NCBI GenBank assembly: GCA_964016885.1
Contig: OZ024742.1
Coordinates: 262,508,001-262,572,000 of the forward strand
Source of the DNA: Eledone cirrhosa
Taxonomy: Eukaryota
Reading direction: 5' to 3'
Length of the DNA stretch: 64,000 nucleotides
A program made the position numbers and the translations under genes. The notes beneath the pieces were generated by a model, which did not search any database, had not been told where the DNA came from, and worked only from the letters and a program-made list of their open reading frames with translations. This document shows positions 27,421 to 41,646 of this stretch, in pieces. Every line of letters starts with the position of its first letter. The stretch's first letter is position 1.

Positions 27421-28311
27421 GTCAATGATTATTGACCGCTAAACAACACTCTTAAATTTTAAACTTAAATTTTACATTTTTAATCTTTAATCTTAACTTT
27501 AAATTCTATCTTAAAACTTTATTATGACTATCAAAGATATATTTAACATAAATATCAAAGATATATTTACTTAAATGCTTCCTTATACAAATTTTTTTAT
27601 TAAATCTTTCAATTTTAAACCTAAATTTTAAATGTTAATATTTAATCATATTTCAATTCTAAGCCTAAATTTTACATTTCTAATCTTTAATCGTAATGTT
27701 AAACTCTACCTTAAAACCTTTTGGGTTCTAGTTCTGACTGTACATCAGTCCAATATATTATTTAGTGCTTTTGACTAACGCCAACGAAATGTTTTTCTAT
27801 GTAACCTGATCTCCTTTACAACTAGCATGTATCCATGTCAGTGGGTGGAAGCGTGGTAGTAGTTGTATGCACTTATAAGCATACAGCCCCTGACCAAACC
27901 GACAGGATGAAATTATGTAGATTCCTCACTTGAAGGCGGTCATCCTGACTGGCAACAGGTGGCACTGACCACCTTCGGCTCTTCAACATTTCTCTCTGAT
28001 TTTCAGCAACTGCGTAATTTGACGGCTGCAGCTTGAAAAAGTCCGTTTCACCCATACTCATATTTAGAACAGGTTGGGGGTTGGGAGATATAGATGATGT
28101 CTGATGATGGGGGATGTCTTAATCCTAATATAGACATTGAGTTCATGATTGGCTCGGTTTTTACGAATGCAGTTTTTACGAGTTTGAAATCCGATCGTCG
28201 TGTCCACTAGATGGTGTTTATTGTTGGATTAGTTTTCTGGGTGCATTATTTGAGTATGTTTAGGTGTGTTTGGGTTCGGATTTGTGTGTTTGATGGTCCT
28301 ACTTGCTAGTT

Positions 28312-28396
<85 letters not shown>

Positions 28397-28465
28397 CGTT
28401 ATTCCGGGTTGAATCGGAGGTAACCACAGTAAGTAAGGTACTCAATACATAGCAGAGTATAAAAG

Positions 28466-28588
28466 TTTTAATATAGATGAGATTCTACAGGACTAGAACT
28501 GTTTCATTCTTTAGAAATCATCAGGATTCCTGATGATTTCTAAAGAATGAAACAGTTCTAGTCCTGTAGAATCTCATCTATATTAAAA
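28466..28588. ncRNA. Perfect 123-bp palindrome giving a hammerhead on each strand
   Basis: GGATTC-CTGATGA-(t)TTC taaa GAA(t)-GAAA-CAG..CTG-TA-GAATCT at 28524-28574, plus its mirror image. Confidence 0.75.
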
Positions 28589-28596
28589 TATATATA

Positions 28597-28627
<31 letters not shown>

Positions 28628-28675
28628 ATATATAGTTTTGCGAGGTTTTTTATATGAAATCGTGTGTCGAAACAA

Positions 28676-28968
<293 letters not shown>

Positions 28969-29315
28969 GTATTTAGGGTAGTTATCGATAGTGAATAGAC
29001 TGGTTGGAGCATTAACGGTTTGTTTACGCACACACACACAAACACAGATACACACACTATTATATATATATATATATAATAGATGGATGATATACAGATA
29101 GAGGTCACCATTTCACTTCCCCTCATTAGGTATGTATTACATTTGTATATTTATTATACATAATACACACACACATGTATAAACGTATGTATAAACGTGT
29201 ATGTATATATATATATAATCCATATACATACACGAGAGCGTGGTGAAATAGATATGTATCTTAAATATGTTTACGTTGTAAGCAATAGTCTATGTACATG
29301 GTATATATATATACG

Positions 29316-29387
<72 letters not shown>

Positions 29388-29392
29388 CACAC

Positions 29393-29442
<50 letters not shown>

Positions 29443-29447
29443 GTGTG

Positions 29448-29485
<38 letters not shown>

Positions 29486-29490
29486 CAGAC

Positions 29491-29540
<50 letters not shown>

Positions 29541-30019
29541 AGGCATATATATATATATATGCAGTAAATATGTATGCATGCATATATGCACATATATATA
29601 TACATACACACACACACACACATAAATATATATACACAACAGAAAAGTGGTTTCATGTAATAATGGTTCGTCTGAGATTTTCCCATAAGCAGACGATAAT
29701 TTGGTTAAGGTCACCTTAGAGCTCAAATTTATCGCACCTAACCCTTCCTTCTCCCTCAAAAGAAATGGAGCCATCAGCTATCAACTACTAACCATCAACC
29801 ACTTCCTTTAAATATTATTAATATTAATACTAATAGGGACAATAATAATGATGGTGATGGTGGTGGTGGTGGTGGTCGTCGTCGTGGTCGTGGTGGTGGT
29901 CGTGATGGTGGTCGTGGTGGTGGTCGTGGTGGTGGTCGTGGTGGTTGTGATGGTGGTGGTTGTGGTTGTGGTCGTGGTCGTGGTCGTGGTGGTGGTCGTG
30001 GTGGCGGTCGTGGTGGTGG

Positions 30020-31790
30020 AATATATTAGCTATAAACAAAGTAAAAGAACATTCATTAAACATACCATGAGTTAAGTGGCGAACGGTTCTGCAAATACAA
30101 ATGAAAGATGGAATTATAAAAACTGAGCCCATCCAAATTAATAGAAGGATATTCCTTTCACCACTTTTTTTCTGTCTAGCATTGACACCATTATCTGAGG
30201 TATTGAACAAGATTCTGATATAATAGCTACGACCAGAAAATTAATCCTCTCTTATACATGGACGATCTAAAGCTGTACGCTGCAGACGAGAGACAACTTG
30301 AAACACTGCTGCGGTGATATGAAAAATGCTCCAAGGCAACGCCGAAGAGAAGGAAACTAGTGGAGTTCACTAATATCATGCTAGATAAAGAAACTGAGAT
30401 AAGAGAATTAGACCAAACGCAAACATACAAATACTTAGGAATTAATGAAGTAGACGAGGTTCAACACACAGATAAAAGAAAAGGATAAATAAGAATAACT
30501 GTAGATGGTTTGAAATACTACTCAAGACAGAACTAAACGTAAAGAATATGGTAATAGATACGAATACTCTTGTGATCCCAGTAATAAGCTAGTTTTAACA
30601 TTCTGAACTGGACACAAAAGAACTTGCACGACTAAACAGAAAAACGAAAAAATAATAATTACTGTATTTAGAATACACCACCCAAAATCAGATGTAGAAA
30701 GATTACACCTACCGTGAACACAGGGAGGAAGGGACCTTATTCAACTAGGAAACATTTATAAAATAACCACTGGAAGACTACAAAAATACCTGATGAAGTC
30801 TAATGGAAAGTTAATACTAATAGCCAGTAAAACATGAACAAAGCATTGTGTTCTCTCTTCAAGTAAGCTAACAAATTCAAAAAAGAGTTGAATTGACAGA
30901 TGAGAAAATGAAAACAAAAAAGAAACAACAGAAATTGTGAAAAAGATAAAATCGAAATCGAAATACATGAATGCCATGCTAAAACGATGGCAAGAAATAG
31001 CCCTACATGGCCAATACCCAAAAATGCTGAATAAGGAGGAAATGGACAAGTAAAACTCACAAATCTGGTTAAGAAGCGCCGGACTAAAAGCCATGACTGG
31101 AGGATTTCTAATTGCAACACAAAATCAAAACATCCCCATTAGAAATATATAAGAAAGCAGAACGCTGTAAATAATTGTGGTGCTGAGGAAGAACTATTAA
31201 CCACATTGTCCCAGTCTGCCCAGTCTTAGCCCCCCAACCAAAAAAAGATGATGCAGTTTGAATTTACATACACTGTAAGTTATGCCAACACAACGAAATA
31301 TCCACAGAAAAAGGGTGATACAGACATACAGTAGAAAGGGGACAGAGAAAGAGATATGTCTGGGATTTTACAATAAACACAGATAGGCGATCAAAGCCAA
31401 CCGATCTAATATTATAGTCAAAGACCACAAAAAGAAAAAACTATTTTCTAATTGATGTATCAATCCCCACAGACTACAATATACCTATCAAGGAAATGGA
31501 GAATTTATCCAAATATAAAGATCTGGAGATAGAAATAACCCAAATGTGGACGATGAAAACATAAATATTCCCTATAATAATAGGTACTAGGAATGATAAA
31601 AAACAAAACAAAAACAGACAGATACATAGCCAAAACCACAGTACTTTCAAATATATACAGCATACAGAAAACAGCACTACTCAGCACTGCACTCATATTA
31701 TGAAGAGTGCTCAAAATACAATAGACATAACATTGCACATACCCAAGGCGCCCAGAGCTATGCTCGGTGATGCAGTGACGAACCGTTAGA
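30020..31790 (+). mobile_element. Heavily decayed R4/Dong-clade LINE (RT to RLE)
   Basis: Fragments read LSPLFFCLALTPLS, LLYMDDLKLY, HHPKSDVERL, IDVSIP..KYKDLEIEI, matching 57658-60697. Confidence 0.8.
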
Positions 31791-31794
31791 TGAA

Positions 31795-33590
31795 CCGTTA
31801 ATGGGACACGGCCTTTCCATAAGAAGCGGAAGAGAAGGCGCTCCAGTCTGGTTAGACAAGGCACGGTGGTCAGACGGGAAATGAGGACGGAGGCGATGTA
31901 GGTATTCGCCATATCTGCCCGACCTTTCACGGATAGCTTTTTCTCAGCCAATTTGTGAGTGATACCTGCCATCCTGCTCGTAACCTTATCTCAGTTCCTA
32001 CCCATTGGTATAACGCTCCACAACAGTGTCTGACGACATGGACTTGCTTGTTTAGGTGCCCAACCGAAAGCTCTGTGACTTGTCTGGGGTTTATTTTTGC
32101 TCCTGCCACCGCCTCATATTCCTTTAGAGCTGTGGCGATCATCTCCAATTCCGTGATGTCTGACATCACCACGGTGACGTCAACCGCGTATGCCGAAATT
32201 TCTCCCGCATCCCAGTTCGAAAGGAATGTCCCTCAAAAGCTCCAACTTCCGTAACAGTGGCTTGAATGCCCGCACATACAGAAGAGGTGAGGAGTACCCC
32301 TGAGGAACTGAGCGCTCGATCCGAAACGGCTCCGAGAGGTGGCCGTCTACTGTTACAACTGAGTATATTTCGCTATTGCGCATTGTCGTGATCTAGCTCC
32401 TAAAAACAGGGCGAAAACCAGCCGCTCTAAGAACAGTAACCAAGTAACGATAGTCGACCCTATAAATTGCTTTCAATTGATCTAAGTTGATGCAATCCCC
32501 ACCGAAGCCAAGTTTACTCCCTACCCTATTCTTCTTTATTGTCATTTCTTTGGTAAATTTTATCGGCTCTACTCTGATGGCTCTCTTCAGTGCGCCCCAT
32601 TACCACTTGTTAATGATTGTCTGTCTCTATTAGTAATCTGTCCGGGGCTGTTTTCGGTTGAAACGGTCTCTTTTGTGTGTGTGAATATTGTTATTGTTTG
32701 TCACCTCTTCCACCAACTCATTGTTGTTCTTCTGGACAACAGTAAGTTGCTGTAAGATGCTTTTGCTTGTGTGCTTGGCTGTTGATTTTGTATTGTATTT
32801 TTTGTTTTCAATCTTTCTTTTGTGATTGTGGATTTAGTGATTTTTGGTTATGCTGTTATTGTCGTTATTTTTGCTATGGTGATGGGCTAGGTTAAGGAAG
32901 TCTTTACCGTCGTGTGGAACCTTCTGACTTTCATTTTGGGAAGTTGTTCTCTATTTTTCTCTTCCTTCTTGCACAAATTCCTTGTGGTGGTTTTCCCTCC
33001 TCAACTTCGTCACACGACAAAGTTATGGTTTCAGAGAGATCTGGAGCGGCGTGAGTTTGTCAGTATTTGTGTTTGGCTACAGGAGAGTGCATTGCGGTGG
33101 GTTTTCTTTTAAGAGGTTTTGTTAGAGCATCCTACTTTTGTTGTCTTGGGATTTTCTGGTGTTGTTGGTGATACAGCTTCAGTATTGGACGTGTTTTTTT
33201 TCTGCTGCTGCTATGGCTACCTCTTTTCCAGCTACTGCTGTTGTAATTGTTTTTTCTGTTATTAGTGTTGTTGCTGTTGCGGTTGTGGCGTTGGTAAAAG
33301 GGCGGGTTTTCCTTCTATTTTCCGCTGATTGAGGAAGAAAGTTCTTAGGTGGGTCTTAGCAACGTAGGTGTGACACCGGCGCCTTTTCCCGTCCACGGTT
33401 ATAAGCAACTGTGTTCCATTCGGCAGTTTAATAATGTCAGGAATTCATTTCAGCTTTTCCTGGTCTATTTAGAGCAAAAGCTCCATTCCAAATCCGGTTC
33501 AGCTTTCTTGACATGATTTGAGGATTTGGGGGATGCTTTCATTATCCTCTTTATCCAGGATGGCTGCTACCAATCAGGAGATCTTTATCT
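31795..33590 (-). mobile_element. Decayed, internally deleted Tx1-like fragments
   Basis: KLSVKGRADMANTYIAS, KEYEAVAGAKIN and GHLSEPFRIERSV match Tx1 ORF2; the upstream part is ORF1-like and less certain. Confidence 0.7.
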
Positions 33591-33599
33591 CATGTGGCA

Positions 33600-34180
33600 C
33601 ATCTCTCACAGCCACCTTCGTCACTGTTTTGCCAGGATATACCCAGGATGCGGCGTAGGCCTCTCAGATGGAATGAGTCGCCTTTCCTGTCTGGTGTAAG
33701 TGGTTCATGACTTACTACCATATAGCAGTGTGCTGATGAGAAGCCATCTTGATCTTTATGGTCAAGTTGGTGTATGTCCACACTCGGGTTGTGAGGCGAG
33801 TAGTGTTGAGGCTGTCTTCCCAATCCTCTATCGTGCTCTGTGTCGAGGGAGAGGTTGTCAGATATGGTGGAGGCGAGGTAAGTAAACTGATGGATGACAT
33901 CAAGCTCATAGTCTTCGATGTTGATGACTGGCAGTGTCTCTGTGTTCTGTAGCAAGACGTATGTCTTCTTAAGGCTGATATACAGATCGATGGCCCTGCT
34001 GGCCTGGGTGAAGCGGTCCATCAGTATCTGGAGTTTTTGCTGGAAGTGTGCCGCAACCGCTACATGATCGGCAAGCAGCATGTCTCTGATGAGGATCCGG
34101 TACCTTTGTCCTCACTCTGAGGTGGGCGAGGTTGAACAGCCTGCCGTTAGATGTGGGGCGCAGGAAGGTCCCCTTCATTG
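33600..34180 (-). mobile_element. RTE-clade LINE RT fragment
   Basis: GRLFNLAHLR, MLLADHVAVAAH..LQILMDRF, ISLKKT, FTYLASTISDNLSLD, FHLRGLRRILGISWQ. Confidence 0.8.
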
Positions 34181-34374
34181 CAGTGCTGATATCACTGTCT
34201 ATCCATCGACATCTATCTACCTACCTGCCTACATATATATACATATATATACACATCTTACGAAAGTCAACGATGTTGTTCCAGCTATCTCCGGCCATAT
34301 CTATCTCTCTCTCTCTATATATATATATATCAAATAAAGATCCGAAGGCATGGTATAAATTTCCAATCATTTTA

Positions 34375-34451
34375 ATCACGACACATGTTTTAATAAGAGA
34401 TAGATCGATCGTGTGGTCATGATCGATTATCACTGATCTTATCAGGTGAAT
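34375..34451 (-). ncRNA. Degenerate hammerhead motif
   Basis: TCAC-CTGATAA-..-AAAA-CATGTG-TC-GTGA; two catalytic G positions read A. Confidence 0.4.
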
Positions 34452-34924
34452 AATGAACTGTCTTCAAATCCTTGATATGAGGGAGGAAAAACTAACGATG
34501 TTCACTCACTAGAGTTGAGTTCCCCATATGAAGATTCAGCAGCCAAAACACTCCATCTGCTATCGACTTCAGTCAGGGTCATAAATCTATCAAGCCTCTA
34601 TCTCTCAATAGCTGTAAAAGACGCTGGACAGGTCTAATATCAACATCAAATCTGTAGAATTTCGGTCGGTCACAATTAGTGTGAATGAGTACACACACAC
34701 TCGCACACACCGACGCGAGGTCAGAGAAAAATACATATACCAACATAGTATGCACCGAAAGTTAGGTTACAAAACAACAAATGTTATATTGGTCAAATCT
34801 CAATTTTAACGATGTAAATTAGAAAAATTGGGTCAACCACAACCCTATACACACACAAGTAAATTCCGTTCAACGTTCTGCTATATATATATATATGTGT
34901 GTATATATATATGTATATATATAT

Positions 34925-34955
<31 letters not shown>

Positions 34956-35039
34956 CGTTTACACCCATGCCCACACCATGTTTCTACACTCGCGTGTGTA
35001 CACACATATGTATGTATATCCTATGTATGTGTGTGTGCG

Positions 35040-35085
<46 letters not shown>

Positions 35086-35890
35086 ATTAAGTTAAAGTGT
35101 ACATCTACATATGTATACGGAAGTATTAGTATGCATATAAATACACACATGTATACATATGTACATGTACTCAGTTTTTCACTAGACACTTTACAGTGAG
35201 TGTCAGCTAGTCTGTATGTAACCACACAGACGGACCGGGTTTTAGAGTCATACGAGTTTTCAAGGAAACACATTTCCTCTACATGTGTGTATTTATATGC
35301 ATACTAATACTTCCGTATACATATGTAGATGTACACTTTAACTTAATTGTTTAAGCGTCAGTCATACAAAAGTGAGTTAGAAGCGAAACGAAATTTAATT
35401 TCGTTTCGTTATTTGTTTTTATCGTTTCCGCTGAACCGGTGCGTACAATGACTCACGTTCTATGCAAATTAGTCTACCCACTACTAATTTTCATAGAAAA
35501 AGCATATAACGATATGTGCTTTTACAATTCTCCAGAGAAGCCGGAAGATGGGTAAATATTGCTGATGAGATGTAATAACATCGAAACTAGTCCAATATTC
35601 CTGTCTGGCTCTCTGGAGAATAGAGGAAATGTGTTTCCTTGAAAACTCGTATGACTCTAAAACCCGGTCCGTCTGTGTGGTTACATACAGACTAGCTGAC
35701 ACTCACTGTAAAGTGTCTAGTGAAAAACTGAGTACATGTACATATGTATACATGTGTGTATTTATATGCATACTAATACTTCCGTATACATATGTAGATG
35801 TACACTTTAACTTAATTGTTTAAGCGTCAGTCATACAAAAGTGAGTTAGAAGCGAAACGAAATTTAATTTCGTTTCGTTATTTGTTTTTA
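35086..35890 (+). mobile_element. Retrozyme/Penelope-like non-autonomous element: ~469-bp unit x1.3 plus an inverted 5' segment, within (TA)n
   Basis: 35281-35421 is repeated at 35750-35890; 35086-35280 is the reverse complement of 35622-35817; central hammerhead. Confidence 0.85.
35555..35599 (+). ncRNA. Canonical type I hammerhead ribozyme (predicted cleavage after GUC at 35592)
   Basis: AATATTG / CTGATGA / GATGT-aata-ACATC / GAAA / CTAG / TC / CAATATT; stem I extended by 35527-35552 pairing with 35600-35621. Confidence 0.92.
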
Positions 35891-36234
35891 TATATATATA
35901 TATAGTTCCATATGTATATGATCTGCACCATTCTACTTCGTATCTTCCATGTACACTATCCCCAGCACATCATTAACTCCTTATAGCATGAGCCCCCTTA
36001 ATAACCCCTTACCACACCCAGCACCCCACCCGAAACACCGGAATCTCTATCATAAACCGCACCACCACCACACCCACACAGAAAATCAGCCTCAGCGGCC
36101 GTTGATTGCAGAGTCGGGCTAGATCGGTAAAGACCGAACCTTAAGCTAATCAATAGCGAAACGCGCGTCACCAACCAATAAACGTAATGAAGGATTAACC
36201 ACTCGTCCTTGTTTTATTTTATTATGTATGTGTG

Positions 36235-36277
36235 TACGAGGTGAGGATCCGCTAAGGTGAAACAATTGTTCTTGGTA
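36235..36277 (+). ncRNA. Degenerate minimal hammerhead
   Basis: TACGAG-GTGAGGA-short stem II-GAAA-CAATTG-TT-CTTGGTA; C3 is mutated. Confidence 0.4.
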
Positions 36278-36369
36278 TGGTGAACTAACTGTTGTGTAAC
36301 CACTTCTACCTAACTCGTCCCATGGACTGAGTGCTCTACCACTACGGATATTACCTTGCAGTGTTCTAC

Positions 36370-36445
<76 letters not shown>

Positions 36446-36536
36446 GATAGCAAGCTATCGTTTTAGGTAAATAAAACCCTTTAGGTAAATAAAACCCTTT
36501 TTATACAGCCGACCATGTTATCCTTCACTCTTTCAT

Positions 36537-36595
<59 letters not shown>

Positions 36596-36620
36596 GAAAG
36601 TTTGTTCCGAAAGTATTGCA

Positions 36621-36710
36621 TGTGTCCGAAGAATCTGCAGATCTAGAATCAGACAGATCCATACAATGATCCTGTCTCGAGCTGTCTGCCGACGAAACAA
36701 TTGTAACACA
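36621..36710 (+). ncRNA. Hammerhead motif with a U4C change and long stem II
   Basis: TGTGT-CCGAAGA-..-GAAA-CAATTG-TA-ACACA, in a ~160-bp insert between (TA)n tracts. Confidence 0.6.
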
Positions 36711-36762
36711 CAATAAACTGAGTCCAGATGCATCACTGATTTTTCGTTTTATATTATATATA

Positions 36763-36823
<61 letters not shown>

Positions 36824-37005
36824 AAGTATGTGTTCTTACGTGTAAAAAATACATATAGGGATACAAGTATTATCCAACCGTATGCCAATGTGATTCTATG
36901 GCGGGTTAATAAATTAACAAGCCAGAACATATAAAATCAAGGTCTAGCAAATAGAGAAAAAGTTTTAAAATAAATTTTAAAAAGTTCGCTGTACTTACTA
37001 TATGT

Positions 37006-37089
37006 GCCTTTACCGCGCGGTTTCAAACCCCAAAATAAACGGATAATCCAAGCGGATTTTCATTGAAAAGGGGACTCTCTTCAGAAGGC
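37006..37089 (-). ncRNA. Type I hammerhead with intact core
   Basis: GCCTT-CTGAAGA-GAGTCCCC..GGGGTTT-GAAA-CCGCGCGG-TA-AAGGC; lies between inverted repeats 36929-36965 and 37207-37242. Confidence 0.8.
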
Positions 37090-37234
37090 TCTTCTCGCTC
37101 GGAGAATATAAAATTCTCGAGTTCAAATCACAAACTGACGCCATACAAAACCGTTCCCGGATGAGAGTGAATGAGGAAAGGAATAATTTTGTCTATTGCC
37201 GTGTGTAAACTTTTTCTCTATTTGCTAGATCTTG

Positions 37235-37278
<44 letters not shown>

Positions 37279-37399
37279 AGCATTTCTGAATTGGGAGTGG
37301 GCAAATTTGGTCAATTTAGTTGTAGTGATTAGTTTAGGTCTTTACACTCTAAAATGGTCAGAAAATACAGTTTGTGTCCAAACAGGTCATATTGACGCA

Positions 37400-37540
37400 T
37401 AGAGTTACGGCCCTTGCCAATTCTGAGTTCAAATCCTGGCGAGGCTAACTTTGCCTTTCATCCTTACGGGGTCGATAAAATAAAGTACCAGTGATCCACT
37501 GGGTAATTTCTGGCGTTGTACCAAAAGTAGAAACAATTAT
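37400..37540 (+). mobile_element. tRNA-derived SINE fragment
   Basis: CTGAGTTCAAATCC..AACTTTGCCTTTCATCCTTACGGGGTCGATAAAATAAAGTACCAG. Confidence 0.6.
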
Positions 37541-38094
37541 ATTTACAGCTTTCAATAATGTAGATTCAACAATGGGTTATACCAGTTAACATAGTTGGAT
37601 AGATAGTGAGTTTATTCACTGATTACGCTACAGATTTCTAGAAAAATATCACACGATCCACAGGACAGGTGCAATGTGTCCGAACACGGAAGAGCCGAGC
37701 TCCCACTGTCATTGCCTCCATCTCACTCGCCCTCCCCATCTTTCAATAATTATAAAGTGATTATAACAAAATGTCTTATGAATCTGTCTCTGAATACACA
37801 TATTAGCAATTGGCAAATAGTGATATGTGGAGAAAAAGTTATGACAACAAAAAAATTTACAATGAAGGTTAACATAAAATATTACACTGTTGTTATCAAA
37901 TATCAACCAAGATATAAAAAAAAACTTCGACATGCGATAAACATAACATAAATTGTAACGCATATATAAATGAATATGTTTTTAGTAGTTTGGGGAGAAC
38001 CGACTGGACGTGGGCTGCCCCTGAATCCAATATTCTTTTTTTTTTTTGTCTCTGTGTACACAGCCTGTGTTTACCATGATTCCTTTATAACTGT

Positions 38095-38390
38095 TATGCA
38101 ATGAACCTGATGATGTCGCCGGAATTTATTGGCCTTTGAAATATATATAGTGTTTTCAGGATAAAAACTTGAAAGGAATTTCAACTTACCGGCCTCCTGT
38201 CACTTTATTCAATAATAGGAAAAAGTATGACCCGGACGGCTATATCTGGACTGAGTTCAGATATAGCTGTCGAATCGGCTTGAGTTCTGCCGTCGGGGTC
38301 ATACTTTTTTCTATTTCCCACTCTACTACTCTAAGTATTGAGTACTCTGGTGCGTTATGGTCCATCTGGTTCCTTACCACAATTCCTTTG

Positions 38391-38392
<2 letters not shown>
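38095..38392 (+). mobile_element. Element with two tandem decayed hammerheads, ending in (TA)n; truncated relatives at 20628-20692 and 21692-21826
   Basis: CTGATGA..GAAA-TATATA-TA at 38107-38149; second fold at 38217-38313 has long stems I/II but an eroded core. Confidence 0.6.
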
Positions 38393-38449
<57 letters not shown>

Positions 38450-38707
38450 TACACATACATATCCACACATGTCTGACATACCATTCATTCTTTCCCTTTT
38501 TCTGTTCATACTTCCTCATCTCTTTTTCTTACAACCAGCCTCCACCACCCAATACCCACCCCTGTCTTCTCCCTTTATTCCATCCCGTTTCATAAAAGCT
38601 CTTCTCCTTCCTTGATTACAGCTGATCCATCGTCACACGCGATCTAAAGACAACACGCCACATTCGTACACACTATCTATCCATCTATTTGTCATCTGCC
38701 TGTCTGT

Positions 38708-38894
<187 letters not shown>

Positions 38895-38912
38895 ACACAC
38901 ACACACATTTAC

Positions 38913-38975
<63 letters not shown>

Positions 38976-39162
38976 AGTGGAAGCTTAGTAAAATCGAAGC
39001 TTTGGCCGTGGCCAAGCAAAGTCGACCTACAATAAGGAATGAGTAGCAAAGCACTCAATAAGGGTAGGTCCTTAGAGTAATAGCATTACGTTTAAATAGC
39101 TTGACAAATTGAAAATTACGGTAGGCAAAACCCAACCATACAATAGCAAAACAACGAAAGAA

Positions 39163-39268
<106 letters not shown>

Positions 39269-39296
39269 TGTATGTATGTATGTATGTATGTGTATG

Positions 39297-39330
<34 letters not shown>

Positions 39331-39425
39331 TGTATATGAGACAATATCACGCGTGTTCACGAGACATAAAAAAGGAAAGAAATAAACCCTCAATAAATAA
39401 CATCAGTAATCTGTCATATGACAGG

Positions 39426-39510
<85 letters not shown>

Positions 39511-39980
39511 GTGTGTGTGCGTGTGTGTGTGTGTGGTGAGTAGTCTAAACACACACCTGTAAACCAATGAGAATTAGCAGTACATTTAGACTACTTAATT
39601 CATACACACACAAAGTACATGCAGACACATAAACATACATATGCAAAGTGAAGCATATTTATCATATGTGTATATACATTAAGGTACGTTTATACACAAT
39701 TATTTATTATACCCTACGATTGTTTGACAGTATATATCATAGTACAGCGGTGCTCGTGGATTATTCTTTAATTGTAAGTTGAAAGATAACTTTATATATA
39801 CATGCATGCATACATACCTACATACATCATACATACATATATATATATATACATGCATACATACATACCTACATACATCATACATACATATATATATACA
39901 TACATGCATACATACCTCCATACATCATACATACATATATATATATGTACATGCATACATACCTAAATACATACCTACAT

Positions 39981-40357
39981 GGTGGCTGCCAACTCGTTTT
40001 CGAGTACGACCACTACTTTATATCCATGTAGGAGAACCCCTACCGAATCGTTGAACAATTGTGACTATTTAGTCCAGCCACGACTTGAAAACTCTGGTAC
40101 AAACACTACACTTGTGACAATTATTGACACATAGTGCTGGACCCATGGTACCATGTGACGACAAGTGCAGAGATCTCCAGATATAAAGCAATGCCTGTGC
40201 CATGAAGCTTTTATAGTGAGCAAAGGCACTGCACAAAGTCAGACCCACTCTCTTAACCAAGATGATATTTACCAAAAAGAAGAACAAGTCAACATCATTG
40301 GATACCATCAGAGTTTCAGGTGTTATATCAGAGTTTTCCTTCTCCTAGAATTCTGCC
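39981..40357 (-). mobile_element. Unclassified non-coding retroposon copy 3 within (TACA)n
   Basis: Same fixed end (TACAT-GGTGGCTGCC) as copy 2, more truncated at the other end; TACA repeats on both sides. Confidence 0.8.
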
Positions 40358-41022
40358 TACATACATACATACATACATAATATATAATTCATATATACAC
40401 ACACACACACACACATACATACATACATACATACATACATACATACATACATACATACATAATTAACTTTATATACACGATATTTTTTCAATACATATTT
40501 AAAATCTAACTAACGGAATATAACTGCCAATTGCTTTTCAAATCTTTCTCTTATAACTAAATAAAAAAAACTACGCTAACTTTATAAAGAAAAACGTTAA
40601 CGACCTTCTGTTTTAACCAAATCGTAGCTATCTAACTAATTAATGTATGCACAAATGATAATTTCTTATTCTTGTGGAGGTAATTTCTATATATAATAAA
40701 GATACCTATATTCTACCAATGTATTGAGTAACACCCATAATCTATACTCACTAATGGCAAATTGTTAAATGAAATGATTTGCTTTATATGGTATATTACT
40801 ATGGGAAGAAACAATTGTTAGTAATTGAATGCCTTGAACTTTAACATTTTTGGTTTGTAAGCAAATTGTAACTAACGCGAGAGTCAAGCGAGAACCATTT
40901 ACTGCAGCAAGACGTCGTTAGTGCGCAATTGTGAACAGTAGAAAATATGAGCGTAAATGGGTAAATATTATCTGTGTCCGTTTGACTATCTTAATGTCTC
41001 TCTCTTTGACTAAGGGTAACAA

Positions 41023-41069
<47 letters not shown>

Positions 41070-41149
41070 ACAGCAACAACAACAAAAGCACGAACTCCAA
41101 TAGCTGTCCAAAGATTGATAGATAGATACATAGGTAGTAAAACAAAGTT

Positions 41150-41346
41150 ATCGTAATTTCCTGGGTACACTTTTGATCATTTTTTCGGGGGTATGTGTTA
41201 CCCATAGGTAATGTCTTCCCCTATTGGGGAAAAATCGATTGATTTTTAAATTGCATTTGTGATAGTATTTTACACGTTTTTATTGTATGTAAACTTCCCC
41301 CTTTGTATTTCCCCCTCTTTTGTACCCCTGTGGCAAATAAAGAAAC
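41150..41346 (+). mobile_element. Tx1 3'UTR-only fragment (copy E) followed by (TATC)n
   Basis: Similar to the reverse complement of 41679-41860. Confidence 0.85.
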
Positions 41347-41347
41347 A

Positions 41348-41389
<42 letters not shown>

Positions 41390-41609
41390 ACCTGTCTGTC
41401 GGTCTATCGATTTATGTGACTGTCTATAGCTATCTATTTATGTATACTTATCAATGTCTCTATCTTCGGAGAAGAACAAGATAAGAAACAACGACAACAG
41501 CAATAACAAAACACGAAATGCATAGCAGTCCGGTGACAGACAGAGAGAGACAGACATACATATATACAGACAGACAGACAGAGAGACATACATACATACA
41601 TACATACAT

Positions 41610-41646
<37 letters not shown>

